A stretch of DNA of 64,000 bases from Octopus sinensis. Lineage: Eukaryota. Shown here piece by piece: positions 12,412-24,800 of the stretch (positions within the stretch are counted from its first letter, which is position 1; the number at the start of each line of letters is the position of its first letter). A program made the position numbers and the translations under genes. The DNA is taken from contig NC_043005.1 in assembly GCF_006345805.1 (NCBI RefSeq), positions 71,300,001 to 71,364,000 on the forward strand, read 5' to 3'. A model generated the notes under the pieces. That model searched no databases and was not told the DNA's origin. It worked only from the letters and a program-made list of their open reading frames with translations.

Positions 12412-13090
12412 CGATAAGCATTTCACCCAGCGTGCTAATGTTTCTTATTTCTGTACTGCCCACAAGGGGCTAAACATAGAGGGGACAAACAAGGAGAGAC
12501 AAAGGGATTAAGTCGATTACATCGACCCCAGTGCATAACTGGTACTTACTTTATCGACCCCAAAAGGATGAAAAGTAGAGTCGACCTCAGCAGAATTTGA
12601 ACTCAGAATGTAACGGCAGACGAAATACCGCTAAGCATTTCTCTTGGCATGCTAACGTTTCTGCCAGCTCGCCGCCTTATTTGAAATAAATATTCTTTTC
12701 TACTTTATGCACAAAGCTCGAAAATTTGGGGAAGAGGGCCATTCAATAAGATCGTCCCCAGTTCGCAACTGTTACTTAATTTACTACCCCGAAAGGATGA
12801 AAGGCAAAGTCGACTTCAGTGGAATTTTAAACTCAGAACGTAAAGACAGACCGATAAGCATTTTGCCCAGCATGCTAATGTTTCTTACTTCTTTATTGCT
12901 CACAAGGGGCTAAATATAGAGGGGACAAACAAAGAGAGACAGTGTGTAACTGGTACTTAATTTATCGACCCCAAAAGGATGAAAGGTAAAGTCGACTTCG
13001 GTGGTATTTGAACTCAAAACGTAACGGCAGACGAAATACCGCTAAGCATTTTGCCCAGTGTGCTAATGTTTCTGCCAGCTCGCCGCCTTA
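12412..13090 (-). mobile_element. Cluster of three SINE family B copies
   Basis: Head GGCGGCGAGCTGGCAGAAAC..., B-box GAGTTCAAATT, central TTCATCCTTTCGGGGT(CGA) domain; same family at 17498, 24594, 53061 and 63060. Confidence 0.8.
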
Positions 13091-13299
13091 TCCTCTCTGA
13101 TTCTAACTCTCATTCTAACATCTCTCCCTCTATCCTTTGTTGCTATCTTTCTCTCTAGTTTTATCTCTCACCTCTGTTTCTTTCCTAGTGTCTTCTCTGG
13201 TACAAAGAAGATTCTAGATGCCTGTTTCTATCTCTTTTTTATACCTTATGTTTTTAACTAGCACAAAGCTACCTCTTCCAACAGAACTCCTTCTCCTAG

Positions 13300-13525
13300 T
13301 CAAGGGGTTTCTGTTTTGCAAGTTACTTGGTGACCCTGCCACTACTGGTGTTAATTAAAAAGTTCCCAGTACAGTACTCTGGGAAGTGGTTGGCATTAGG
13401 AAGGACATCCAGCAGTAGAAACCATGCTAAAGCAGAGAAAGAGTTCGGTGGCAGTTCTTTGGCTTGCCAGTGCCAATCAAACTGTCTAGCCCATGCCAGC
13501 ATGGAAAATGGATCTTAAATGATGA
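13300..13525 (+). mobile_element. RTE-type 3' tail (diverged)
   Basis: GGTTGGCATTAGGAAGGACATCCAGC...GCATGGAAAATGGATCTTAAATGATGA. Confidence 0.65.
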
Positions 13526-13542
13526 CGATGATGATGATGTTA

Positions 13543-13578
<36 letters not shown>

Positions 13579-13762
13579 GTGGTGATGGTGATGATGATGA
13601 TGGTGATGATGATGATGAGGAGGAGGACGATGATGATGATAATGACAATAGTGATGACGATGATGATGATGATGACGACGACAACGGCAATGGTGACAAT
13701 GATGACAATGATGATGATGATGATGACAATGATGACGATGATGATGAAGATGATGATGATAG
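13520..13762. repeat. (GAT)n microsatellite expanded from the RTE tail
   Basis: Directly visible. Confidence 0.95.
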
Positions 13763-14570
13763 GTAATTTAAGAGAGATTTGATTACTATTTCTTGCAGAT
13801 CTGTCAGCCTCACTGAGGTTCTCTCGTTAACTTATATTTAGACTTGATTATCAGCATCGAACTAATTTCTTTAACAGCACCATCTATAATTAAATATATA
13901 AAAATCTATTTACCATTTTCCTCCTTGTAAGTGACCCAAAAAATTGTTATTTAGTGTCCAAGAAAGTTTTGCTTATACAGGAATCACTTGGCAGAGAATG
14001 TCTGACGAGAAGGAAATTTCAAAATAGCACATGACACTTCAAAAACCTTTTATTCAAAAGTAATCTTTGTCAAAAATACCAAATTAAAAATCTTTGTCAG
14101 GTTATCATTTAGAAAACGAATGAAGTCATTAATTGTCTGACAATGTAGCAGAATGAATGAACAAAAGGCAGCAGACAAGCATGAGTGATTCTAATTAGCT
14201 GTCCAACAACATTGTCCTTGCTTTTGTTTCTTTTTCTTTTCCTTTTATGCATTTTGATTAACCTATAAAAGACACGATATGATGCTAGAACTATTGGCTT
14301 CTCGAAGATAACATTTCTTATTCTTGACAACGCATTTTAAAACAACTAACAATGTATTACTGCAGTGCAAAAACAGCCCAAAACATATATATCTATATAT
14401 CCCTATATTCATATATATATGTTAATATATATATATATATATACATGTATATTATATATATATATATATATAATTATTTGTATTTTTATGTTTTGCTTTA
14501 TGTTTTTCACTGTTTGATTTGCCTAATCTCTAATTTTTATCTCTAATTTAATTTATATATATATAATATA

Positions 14571-14632
<62 letters not shown>

Positions 14633-14949
14633 TAACAAATGTATATATATATATATATATATATTGACATATATATATATTAACATATATATGTTGCAAA
14701 ACTGATAGTCTAGCAACTCTGGCTTGGAATTAAAACTTATTATCTTCATGTCATGTATTATATTTTTACAATTATTATCATCATTATTTGTACTATCACT
14801 TCAACATATATTTTGATTTTGGATTCACATATGTCAGATTGTTGGCAATAACATTTTGTGAGCATTTTCAAGTTTTCGCTTAACTTTCTATCTGTTCTTG
14901 GATGAAAACAAAAGACTATTCTGAATTTTGTTGTTCTTTCTAGCCACTA

Positions 14950-15180
14950 TATCATCCCTGTTTTCATTCCCTTTGACACCGTCACCATTACAGCAATCAT
15001 CATTGCCATTGCTTTTACATCCATTTTTCCATACCTGTATGAGATGGACATGTTGTTGTTATTAACGGAGCAGGTGATGTAGGGAATTGTGATGGAATGC
15101 CAAGTTTTGGAATATTCACTCTTTTCCACAGCATACCTTATCAAAAGATTTAGCCAAATCATAAAGTAATACCTGTGTTT
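14950..15180 (-). pseudogene. Old RTE-like RT fragment
   Basis: The minus strand reads LYDLAKSFDKV (D-x-x-KAFD motif), then IPKLGIPSQF, then GVKG. Confidence 0.55.
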
Positions 15181-15206
15181 ATCATGGTGTGTGTATGATA
15201 GACATA

Positions 15207-15425
15207 TACTCTTTTACTCTTTAACTTGTTTCAGTCATTTGACTGTGGCCGTGCTGGAGCACCGCCTTTAGTCGAGCAAATCGCCCCCAGGACTTATTCT
15301 TTGGAAGCCTGGTACTTATTTTATTGATCTTTTTTGCCGAACCACTAAGTTACAAGGATGTATACACACCAGCATCGGTTGTGAAGCGATGTTGGAGGGA
15401 CAAACACAGACACACAAACATATAT

Positions 15426-15482
<57 letters not shown>

Positions 15483-15660
15483 TATATACATATATACGAC
15501 GGGCTTCTTTCAGTTTCTATCTACCAAATTCACTCACAAGGGTTTGGTCAGCCTGAGGCTATAGTAGAAGACACTTGCCCAAGGTGCCACGTAGTGGGAA
15601 CTGAACCCGGAACCATGTGTTTGGTAAGCAAGCTACTTACTACACAGCCACTCCTATGGC
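15207..15660 (-). mobile_element. tRNA-derived SINE family A
   Basis: Full-length copy. Confidence 0.85.
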
Positions 15661-15789
15661 TATATATATATATCTTATCCTTTACTTTTTACAGTCATTA
15701 GACTGTGGCCATGCTGGGGCACCATCTTGAAGAATTTTAAGTCAAATTAATTGACCCCAGTTCTTTTTTCATAAGTAATTATTCTCGTG

Positions 15790-15985
15790 GAATAGAGAGG
15801 AGAGGTGGGTGGAAGGGAGTAGGTGTGAGGGGAGAGAGGCGAGAGGAGGTTAGATGAAGAGGGGAGGAGAGTTGAGCCCATGTGGCACAAAGGAGCAAAG
15901 AGAGAAGATTAATCCCTGTTCACGGTGCAAACGGAAGTCCGGATGGCCCCTATGCAAGGACAGATGTACATGATAGATTAAAAAT
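15790..15985 (-). mobile_element. PLE 3' fragment (GIY-YIG C-terminus plus pyrimidine tract)
   Basis: LSLHRGHPDFRLHREQGLIFSLCSFVPHGLN is the typical Penelope endonuclease ending (E.KLIF.LGTL.P.GIN); homologous to 38085-38220. Confidence 0.7.
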
Positions 15986-16371
15986 ATATAAATACACAGC
16001 CATTTTAAAAAAATCTTTAAGTAAATAAATATATTAAAAATATATATGTGTAAAGTAATAGATCCTAAAGAATCTCTGGCCAAAGACATAAAAACGTTAA
16101 AACATGTACAATTGTCCTTTAAATCCATCTCTAATCAGAATCATGTTTGCAGATTGAATTACCAGTTCTTTTGTTTCTTCACATTACATATTTATATATA
16201 TATATATATATATACATGCACACACACACCACACACACATATATATATATATATATATACATACAACTGCAGCATGGAATGTGTTTATAAGACATTTAAA
16301 TTTAATTTATCGAAATATTTTCTTCATTTTGACACCGTGGCCTGTTCACTGACAAAATTGCATGCTGCATT

Positions 16372-16441
<70 letters not shown>

Positions 16442-16543
16442 TATGTATATTAGAAGGTTTGGAGATGATATACAGGTATTATATATTAGAAGAAATAAGG
16501 CACTCAGAAATCTGGATGGTTTTATATCTACAAATATTTATTA

Positions 16544-16677
16544 ATATGTCACATGTGTTTATAAATCATATATTAGTGCTTGCGTCCACTCTGGTGGAGT
16601 CTTCAGATTGGAGTCTGAAGACTCCACTAGAGTGGATGCAAGCTCTAATATATGATTTATAAAAACATGTGACATAT
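16544..16677. repeat. 134-bp near-perfect palindrome (64-bp arms, 6-nt loop, 4 mismatches)
   Basis: ATATGTCACATG...GTCTTCAGA-TTGGAG-TCTGAAGAC...CATGTGACATAT. Confidence 0.9.
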
Positions 16678-17407
16678 ATATATATACACACATATAAACA
16701 TACACACATATACATATGTGTATGTATGTATGTGTGCATGCACAGTCACTCTCACACATGTGTTCTTCACAATCAAGCACAAAATCTGCAAGTGCCTTCA
16801 CTCTGACTATTAAAGAAGACATAGTAATAATAGCACACTCTCTTACTGACCACACTTTTGTAATGATAAACCATTGTGACATATTATATTATCATATAAC
16901 ATAAAACCAAGACTAGATCAAGAAAAAGAAAAAGAAACATTGATTGATTGAACAAATGTCTTATGTAGAATACAACGTAAAAGGAAAGTAAAAATATCGA
17001 TAACAGAACCTCTAGTAATAAGGAATTCTAATGGAAGAACCAAATATACAGTTAGCTTACCCTAGCAACATACTAGCAGGAGATGCTTGATGCTATGGTG
17101 AAAATACTTTCTGATTGCTGAAAGGTATTCTGCATCAACAGCCATAAATTTAAAGTTCAGTGATAATGAATGAGAAACATACATAACAATATTATTGTGA
17201 TTGTTGCTTACAAAGAAAACAGGAATGGTAATGACCACTAAGAACTATATCGTCAGGTGGTGAAAGAGATGAGAAGTCTGAGGAAGGTTTTCATAGATCT
17301 ATGGTCTTAATAAAATTTATTGTTTCAAATACAATATGAAAGAATAACCAGGAGGTATCAGAACGGTTTAACAATAGAAGTAAAAGTGGAGCATAGTTGT
17401 TTACACA

Positions 17408-17935
17408 CATCATCATCATCTTTGTTTAACATCTATCTTCCATGCTAGCATGGGTTGGATGGTTTGACTGAGGGCTGACAAGCCAGAAGGATGTACCTAT
17501 GTCTTTACTACCCACAAGGAGCTAAACATAGAGAGGACAAACAAGGACAGACAAACAGATTAAGTCGTAACTGGTACTTATTTAATTGACCCTGAAAGGA
17601 TGAAAGACAAAGTTGACCTCGGCAGAATTTGAACTCAGAACGTAGCATCAGACGAAATACCGCTAAGCATTTCGCCCTGCATGATAATGTCTCTGCCAGC
17701 TCAAATCTGACCTGGCAAGGTTTCTACAGCTCAATGCCCTTCCTAATGCCAACCACTACGAGAGTTTAGTGGATGCTTTTTACATGTCACTAGTATGGAA
17801 GCCAGTCAAATGGCTTCCATGCCAGTGGCACATAAAAAGCACCATTCGAGTGTGGTCATTACCAGTGCAGCCTGACAGGCTCTTGTGCTAGTGGCATGTA
17901 AAAAGCACCCACTACATTCTCAGTGTGGTTGGTGA
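17408..17935 (-). mobile_element. RTE 3' tail interrupted by a SINE B
   Basis: The tail sequence breaks at 17497 and resumes at 17703. Confidence 0.7.
17498..17702 (-). mobile_element. SINE family B (nested)
   Basis: Family B head and central domain. Confidence 0.8.
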
Positions 17936-17989
17936 ATATTTACACACAAATACATAAACACAGATTGATACATATGTATATATTTATAT

Positions 17990-18209
17990 GTGTATATTCT
18001 TTTATTCTTGTTTCAGTCATTTGACTGCAGCCATGCTGGAGCACGGCCTTAGAGCATTTTAGTTGAAGAAATTGACCCCAAGACTTATTTTTTGTAAGCC
18101 TAATACTTATTTTATCTGGCTCTTTTGCTGAACTGCTAAGTTATGGGGGACATAATCACACTAGTATAGGTTGTCAAGCAATGGCAGGAGGACAAACTTA
18201 CATCCACAA

Positions 18210-18262
<53 letters not shown>

Positions 18263-18422
18263 AAGCTTCTTTCAGTTTCTGTCTACCAAATCTATTCACA
18301 AGGCTTTTGTCGGCCCAAGGTTATTATAGAAGGCACTTGCCCAAAGTGCCACACAGTGAGACTGAACCCGGAACCATGTGGTTGGGAAGCAAGCTTCTTA
18401 CCACACAGCCATGCCTGCACCT
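17990..18422 (-). mobile_element. tRNA-derived SINE family A
   Basis: Diverged full-length copy. Confidence 0.8.
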
Positions 18423-18519
18423 ATGAATGTATGTATGTATATGCATAAACATATGCATGTATAAATATATATATATATATATATACACACACATGCACCC
18501 ATATTCAAACACATGTGTT

Positions 18520-18555
<36 letters not shown>

Positions 18556-18699
18556 CGTACATGTACTCCTCTCAGAGGACCACTCATATCACCCTTTCAA
18601 AAGTGGAACAGATTGTATTGTAATCCTTGACTGGCACCACACATGGTTCAGAAGGTTCTCTTTGAAATTCTCAGAATAAAAGAGAGAAAAGCTATTTCT

Positions 18700-18890
18700 T
18701 GACACTCTTCAGAATACTTGCAGGACTTTACAGTTAGTACTAAGAAAGAATAAAATACTTTCCAAACTAATTTATCATCTGCCCAAAATACATTAGGAAA
18801 AAGAAATGCCATATGATATAATTCAACTATGAACATTGATGTAAGAGGTAGCGTTGCCAATATTTCCACCTTGGAAACAATGGCCATAAT
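18700..18890 (+). pseudogene. Possible PLE RT N-terminal fragment
   Basis: YHLPKIH*EKEMPYDII resembles the PLE motif YxLPKIHK...PxRPII. Confidence 0.4.
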
Positions 18891-18929
18891 GTTATAACTA
18901 TTATAGCCAGGATGCGGGACACGGGTCTC

Positions 18930-19036
18930 AATGTATCATCATCCTCATCATTACCATCATCATCATCATCATCATCATATTCTTCTTCATCATCATCAGC
19001 ATCATATTCATCATCACCATCATCATCATCATCTTC

Positions 19037-19068
<32 letters not shown>

Positions 19069-19200
19069 CATCCTCACCATCATCATCATCATCATCATCA
19101 TCTTCTTCTTCATCACCACCACCATCATCATCATCATCATCATCATCTTCTTTATCATCATCATCATCATCATCATCATCCCCACTATCACCACAACTAT
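18930..19200. repeat. (CAT)n microsatellite
   Basis: Directly visible; source of the poly-H/S/M ORFs. Confidence 0.95.
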
Positions 19201-19329
19201 CAGCACCCTCTATACAGTAGTAAGAAGAGTGATGAAGAGATGAGTGATTGGGGAGATGAGAGGTGGAGAAGATGCAACAGGGGAAAATTGAGCTAGGGGT
19301 TTATTGTGTGTACACACATTATGTTCTTC

Positions 19330-19530
19330 AAACTCATAATTGTCTGTTATTCTCATAGACCTTCACATTACAAATCAACAAAACCCTTCGTTGTCTTCTC
19401 TGTGAGCTTCAACACCGTGAGATCAGCCTTGACTACTTCATTCGCATTTTTCTTGGTCTCTCATCTTCCAGAGATTCCATCCACTGTGAATAGCCGACAC
19501 TTCCGTTTCTCAACTAAAAAATTGAAATGA
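19330..19530 (-). pseudogene. RTE ORF C-terminal relic
   Basis: The minus strand contains RPRK..NEVVKADLTVLKLTEKTTKG (RTE RPRKTWxEVVKxDL motif). Confidence 0.6.
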
Positions 19531-19647
19531 AAATATATCTCTTTTATTCATTAAATAAAGGCCTTACAAAGAAAGGAAGCTGTGGGCTGGACAAGGACAT
19601 AATGAGATGAAATGATTGACGATATGATAATAATCACAGTAATGCCA

Positions 19648-19850
19648 TGGAGGCGCAATGGCCCAGTGGTTAGGGCAGCGGACTCATGGTCATGAGAATG
19701 CAGTTTCGATTCCCAGACCGGGCATTGTGAGTGTTTATTGAGCAAAAACACCAAAGCTCCATGAGGCTCCGGTGGGGGGGGTGGGGGTGAACCCCACTGT
19801 ATTCTTTCACCACCACTTTCTCTCACTCTTTCTTCATACTTCTGCCACAA
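19648..19850 (+). mobile_element. tRNA-derived SINE family C (5' part)
   Basis: GGAGGCGCAATGGCCCAGTGGTTAGGGCAGCGGACTC...TTCGATTCC; same family at 28548 and 54735. Confidence 0.8.
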
Positions 19851-19855
19851 AGCAG

Positions 19856-20087
19856 AGGAACCATGGTGTAACCCACTATGCTGTGGTAAACTTTCAGACC
19901 TTGGGCAAATGTCTTCTACTATGGCCTCAGGCTGACCAAAGCCTTGTGAATGGATTTTGTAGACGGAAACTGAAAGAAGACCATCGTATATATATCCTTC
20001 CCTTCTTTCCTGAGCGTCAAATAATACTTTAATTGTTCCACGTCCTCGTGTTGCTGTGTTTTTTTCTGTGTTTTCTTGTTTGGATTA

Positions 20088-20136
<49 letters not shown>

Positions 20137-20362
20137 ATCTGTTTGTGTGTATATGTATGTATGTCTGTGTTTGTCCCCCCCCCCAACATTGCTTGACAAC
20201 CAATGCTGGTGTGCTTACGTCACCGTAACTTAGCAGTTCGGTAAAAGAGACCAATAGAATAAGTACTAGGCTAACAAAGAATAAGTCCTAGGGTCGATTT
20301 GCTCGACTAAAGGCGGTGCTCCAGTATGGCCATATTCAAATGACTGAAACAAGTAAAAGAGT
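19856..20362 (+). mobile_element. SINE family A with a PLE-end fragment (19990-20095) inside its microsatellite
   Basis: Family A halves on both sides; the insert matches the reverse complement of 57380-57470. Confidence 0.75.
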
Positions 20363-20529
20363 TATATTACTTCAACAACTATTTCACTTATACTGAATCA
20401 AATACCATTTAAATATAAACACTGAAGCCTGCTCACTCAATTACTTTTAAAAATATTGTTGTACTAATGTGAAAACATATAAAGGCATTATGTAAGTTTT
20501 AATCTTTTGAGGGAAATGTTAAAGAAGGA

Positions 20530-21300
20530 GATGGAGAAGTCAGTAATCTCCGTTTTGTCGATGATATTGATTTAACAGGATAAAATGAAGAAGATCTAAA
20601 AATCTAACAACCTGTTTTGATACAAGTGCAAGAAGATATGGAATGGAAATAAGTGCTTAGAAAAGCGAAATAATGATAAATGGTAAAAATGAAAAACGGA
20701 AATTCTTGATTCAATTGAAATAGCATGGAAAACGTTCAAACAAGTTGATGAATTTAAATATTTGGGAAGGACAATAATGGAAGATGGGAGATCAAAGAAA
20801 GAAGTAAGATGGTGGATTATAGCAGCTACAGAAGCTTTAACAAAATTAGACCCTGTTTGGAAAACTAAAAACAATAATAATAATAACAATTTTCTGGGTT
20901 TTTTTTTTTTAAGAGCAATAGTAATTTCAGCAGCCCTTTATGAGTGTGAATCACAGACGTTAGATGCTGAAAGATCATGTCCTTTGAAATAAAACATTAC
21001 CGGAAGATGCTTCACATCGCATATACAGAACATCAAACAGACGAAAGTATTAAGAAGGAAATTGTAGTGAAGATTGCAAACCATGTAACTCTAGTGTCGA
21101 TTATTAAAAGGGTGAGAAATGAAGTGTTTCGGTCGTGTAATATGATGTCATGACACTCTAACTTTAGCAAGGATAGTCATGGATGGACAAACATCAGTAA
21201 CAGAAATACAGAAAGAACAGCTCAGTGGGAGTCGTTAAATAACATCAAGGAAATGTCATAGAAAAAGACGGTTTAAGGCATGAGACTGGCTGATGGCTTG
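20530..21300 (+). mobile_element. RTE (BovB/RTE-X-like) LINE relic, RT C-terminal half
   Basis: NLRFVDDIDL (FADD motif), VDEFKYLGRTIMEDGRSKKEVR, ISAALYECES; multiple stops. Confidence 0.8.
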
Positions 21301-21604
21301 AAAAGAAAGGAAAGAAAATGCATCTTGCTTCCCTCTCAAGGCCCATGTGAGCTATGAATTTTTTATGAGGAGAATATTACAAACTATGGCTTTTAACTGT
21401 TGGAATGTTTTGGGAATAGAAAGCCTATTTTGGAAACCATCAGTTTAGCATCGTATCATTAGTCAAGCTCAGGGTCAGTCAAGGTCATAATGAGAGCCTC
21501 TATATGGTCATTTGATTTGTTAGGAACAGCAACCAAATCAGTGTCAAAACCAATATAAAAATGAAAAGTGAACTTCAGATAATATAGTTTAAAATAAAAT
21601 ATTT

Positions 21605-21862
21605 ATAAAATAAATGTTCCTTCTCAAACCATGCCAGATTCATATGGGCCGGTTTCCCAGTTTCAGTGGTGTAGAAATTCCCCACCTGGACGGGACGCCA
21701 GTCCGTCACAGGATTACTCATTTTTGTCAGCTGGGTGGACTGGAGCAACGTGAAATGAAGTATTTTGCTCAAGAATACAACTCATTGACTGGTCCAGAAA
21801 TCGAAACCACAACCTTACGATCATGAGTTCAACACCCTAACCACTAAGCCACGTGCCTCCAC
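21605..21862 (-). mobile_element. tRNA-derived SINE (family C-related)
   Basis: Minus-strand head GGAGGCACGTGGCTTAGTGGTTAGGG...GTTTCGATT. Confidence 0.75.
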
Positions 21863-22186
21863 ATAGTTTAAGATATGTTATGTCTAGATATCACATCATA
21901 GTACCTCACTTCAGCAAAAAATAAACAGACTATCAACTATTTCGAAAGGATTGCTGTACAGGGGGCATCAATCCTTGTGCCCCAAAAACCTGAAATGGCA
22001 GATAAGGCAGGACCTAATATGGTCAACGGCTCAGAAGGCATGACAGAAAGATCTGTGGTAAATCTAGGGTACTCTCTTGATGGAGTACAGATTGGTGTCT
22101 AGCCTCCATGGAAGGGATTTTAAATAATTGCATCTGTAATGAACCCTGAATCTTAAACTACCTGAATGGAGATCCTTGACATTCAG

Positions 22187-22230
22187 CTTGCTGGGTGCAG
22201 ATGATACCTATGAATATAATAATAAGGAAG
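22187..22230 (+). CDS. Candidate internal host-gene exon (44 nt, xLLGADDTYEYNNKE)
   Basis: Acceptor TCCTTGACATTCAG| and donor AAG|GTAAAT around an open frame in non-repeat sequence; no homology recognised. Confidence 0.2.
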
Positions 22231-22649
22231 GTAAATAAGGAACAATATCAAACTTTATAATTATTCAATGGTTATCAACTGAAACCCTGCTGGGTTGCCA
22301 TGAAAGATTATTATTAATGGTTAGTAAAAATATTTAAGAATTTAAAGCTTGATTTTAATATTAGACTGAGTGAGACTTTGTTCTTCAGTGTTAAAGACAG
22401 GAATAGAGGATGGCAAAGGAACTAAAGAAATGTCTTGCTAACCACCTTACACCACAGAGTCTTTTTGAACAAATAATGGAGTTTCTACATTGTCCTCCTA
22501 CTAGAAATAGCAGACAAATCTCCTTCTAATCAAACCCATAACTGAAAGGAACTAAAGGTCTGTTAGGATTATAGAAGAATGTCAGCTACTAGAGGTTGTT
22601 GGTATGCTAGGGATGTGGGAGTGGACAAAGATAGCTTATTGCATTTGTC

Positions 22650-22922
22650 TTTTTTTTTACGTACTACTTGTGCAGATGGCATGTAAAAGAAATACCATTT
22701 GAGTGTGGCCGTTGCCAGTACTGCCTGACTGGCCCTCGTGCCTGTGGCACATAAAAGCGCCCACTACACTCTTGGAGTGGTTGGCATTAAGAAGGGCATC
22801 CAGCTGTAGAAACTCTGCCAGATCGAGATTGGAGCCTGGTGCAGCCATTTGGTTTGCCAGTCCTCAGTCAAATCGTCCAACCCATGCTGGTTTGGAAAGC
22901 AGACGTTAAACGATGATGATGA
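22650..22922 (+). mobile_element. RTE 3' tail
   Basis: Ends GCAGACGTTAAACGATGATGAT. Confidence 0.75.
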
Positions 22923-23499
22923 TGAGGAGGAGGAGGAGGAGGAGGAGGATGACGACGACGACGACAATGATGATGATGGTGAATTCAACAGAAATATGTT
23001 ATCTTCATTTCAATTAATTTTGAAAGCAATAAACTGTTTAATAAAATATACTCATAGTAAAATAAATGAACAGTTTGTACAAAGGAGAAAGTAGTTACTT
23101 CGTGATACTAAGCAGGATTTGACATTTTAATTAACAAGGAAGAAGATACATAAATTTTTTTTCTCTTCTTTCTTATTACAAAGATTTTGAAATTTCTAGT
23201 TTGTGGCAGATTTATATAGCACTATTTCATTCACTTTTGAAGTCATCAGCATGACATTGTCAATATTAATTGGAAGTTTGCAACACAACATAAATTAACA
23301 CGAAGTTTTGAAGAAAGTTTTTTTTATCAAAAGAGTTAATTAGTCATGGTTTAACCTCACAAGAATCCGATGTAACACAAGATGTTGAGAAAGAAACATT
23401 TTTTTGTTTTCAACTTTCTTGGAAATGAATAACAGAAAAAATTATATTGAGCTGGCTACTACATGTATATCATTCTTTGAGGGCTACTATGAATAACCT

Positions 23500-24170
23500 C
23501 TATCAGGCTCCATGGTTCTTGGTAGTTCCGGTCACACAAATTTATCAAATACATTCAGACCATAACCATCCTCTTTTTTCATATGTACAAGGAACACAGC
23601 CACCCTCATTAGCCAATGTGTTCTTTTTTAGATGATAGGGATTGATTTGAAGGATATTTGTCTCCTATTTCTAGCAGGTGAAAGTTTTGTCTTACTAAAC
23701 CTGCTACCATGATTTAAATTGTATTTAAAACTGAACATTTAAAATTCAATTCTCCTTCTCATTATAAAAGGAAAAGAATTTAATTCAATAGCTTTTGTTG
23801 TGTTCATTCTGCTGCAGGGATATAAATTATGAATTTATATTTAGCACTAATTAACACATGCCACATGTAATGGTTTTTTTCTCTGACATGTTTCATTTTT
23901 CACCAAAGCCATTGCATTTTTTACACATCTGCTTCGTCTTGCCAACCACTTTACACCACAGAGTCTTTTTGAACAAATAATGGAGTTTCTACATTGTCCT
24001 CCTACTAGAAATAGCAGACAAATCTCCTTCAAATCAAACCCATAGCCTAAAAAATGAACACGTTGGCTAATGGAAGCCTGGGTTCCTTGCACATATGAAA
24101 AAATGGGATGGTCATGGTCTGAGTGTCTTTGATAAATTTGCTTGATCAGTACTGCCAAGAACAATTGGAA
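23500..24170. repeat. Inverted pair of a dispersed repeat ending ...GAAGGAGATTTG(G/T)CTGCTATTTCTAG
   Basis: 23510-23680 (+) aligns with 24000-24165 (-); the same terminal motif occurs at 22500, 44665 and 58980. Confidence 0.6.
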
Positions 24171-24593
24171 ACTGACAGTGGTCATTCATAGCAGCCAAAG
24201 TGCCCTCAAGGAATAAGATGTACATAGTTGCCTCAATACCACTTTTTGGTTATACATTTCCAAGAAAGATGGAAATAAAAAAAATTGTTAAAATAACATT
24301 CATTCATTTAAGAGAAAGATCAAACTATAAAAATAGTGAAACAACATTTGATACTAACCTACCTGAAACTGCCCTTGGTTCTATGATACAAACTTCTTGT
24401 TTTAAATTGATCTAAATAAAAACCTTCCAGCAAAAAATTTCACATGAATTTATGTTCCAAACACAAGGACAAAATAATTTTAATAAATTTTTCATTATTT
24501 TAAAAATTAATTGAAAGAAATATTGTGAAGAAAAATGGTGTCATGAACTATAAAAAAAAACAAAAATATAGAAATAATAATAGAAATATAATA

Positions 24594-24800
24594 ATGGCTT
24601 CAAATTTTGGCACAAGGCCAGCAAGTTCAGGGGAGGGGTTAAGCCGATTACATTGACCCCAGTGCTCAACTGGTACTTATTTATTGACCTTAAAAAGCAA
24701 AGTTGATCTTAACAGAATTTGAATTCAGAATTTTAAAATGGACGAAATATCATTAAGCATTTTCCGCAACATGCTGATGATTCTGCCAGCTCACTGCCTT
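24594..24800 (-). mobile_element. SINE family B variant
   Basis: Family B head and central domain. Confidence 0.7.

Noticed and set aside
15033-15170. Minus-strand exon-like segment with a strong CAG|GTATGG donor
   Set aside because: It encodes the RT motif DLAKSFDKV with internal stops, so it is a LINE relic.
16307-16355. Possible G3-C8 swapped hammerhead on the minus strand (TGTCA-GTGAACA-G...GAAAATATTT)
   Set aside because: Stems I and II do not pair adequately in this copy; it would need a family consensus to be supported.
19306-19530. Protein-like plus-strand frame (LRCLLCELQHREISLDYFIRIF...) after an acceptor
   Set aside because: The opposite strand carries the RTE C-terminal motif RPRK..NEVVKADL; this is an antisense reading of a LINE relic.
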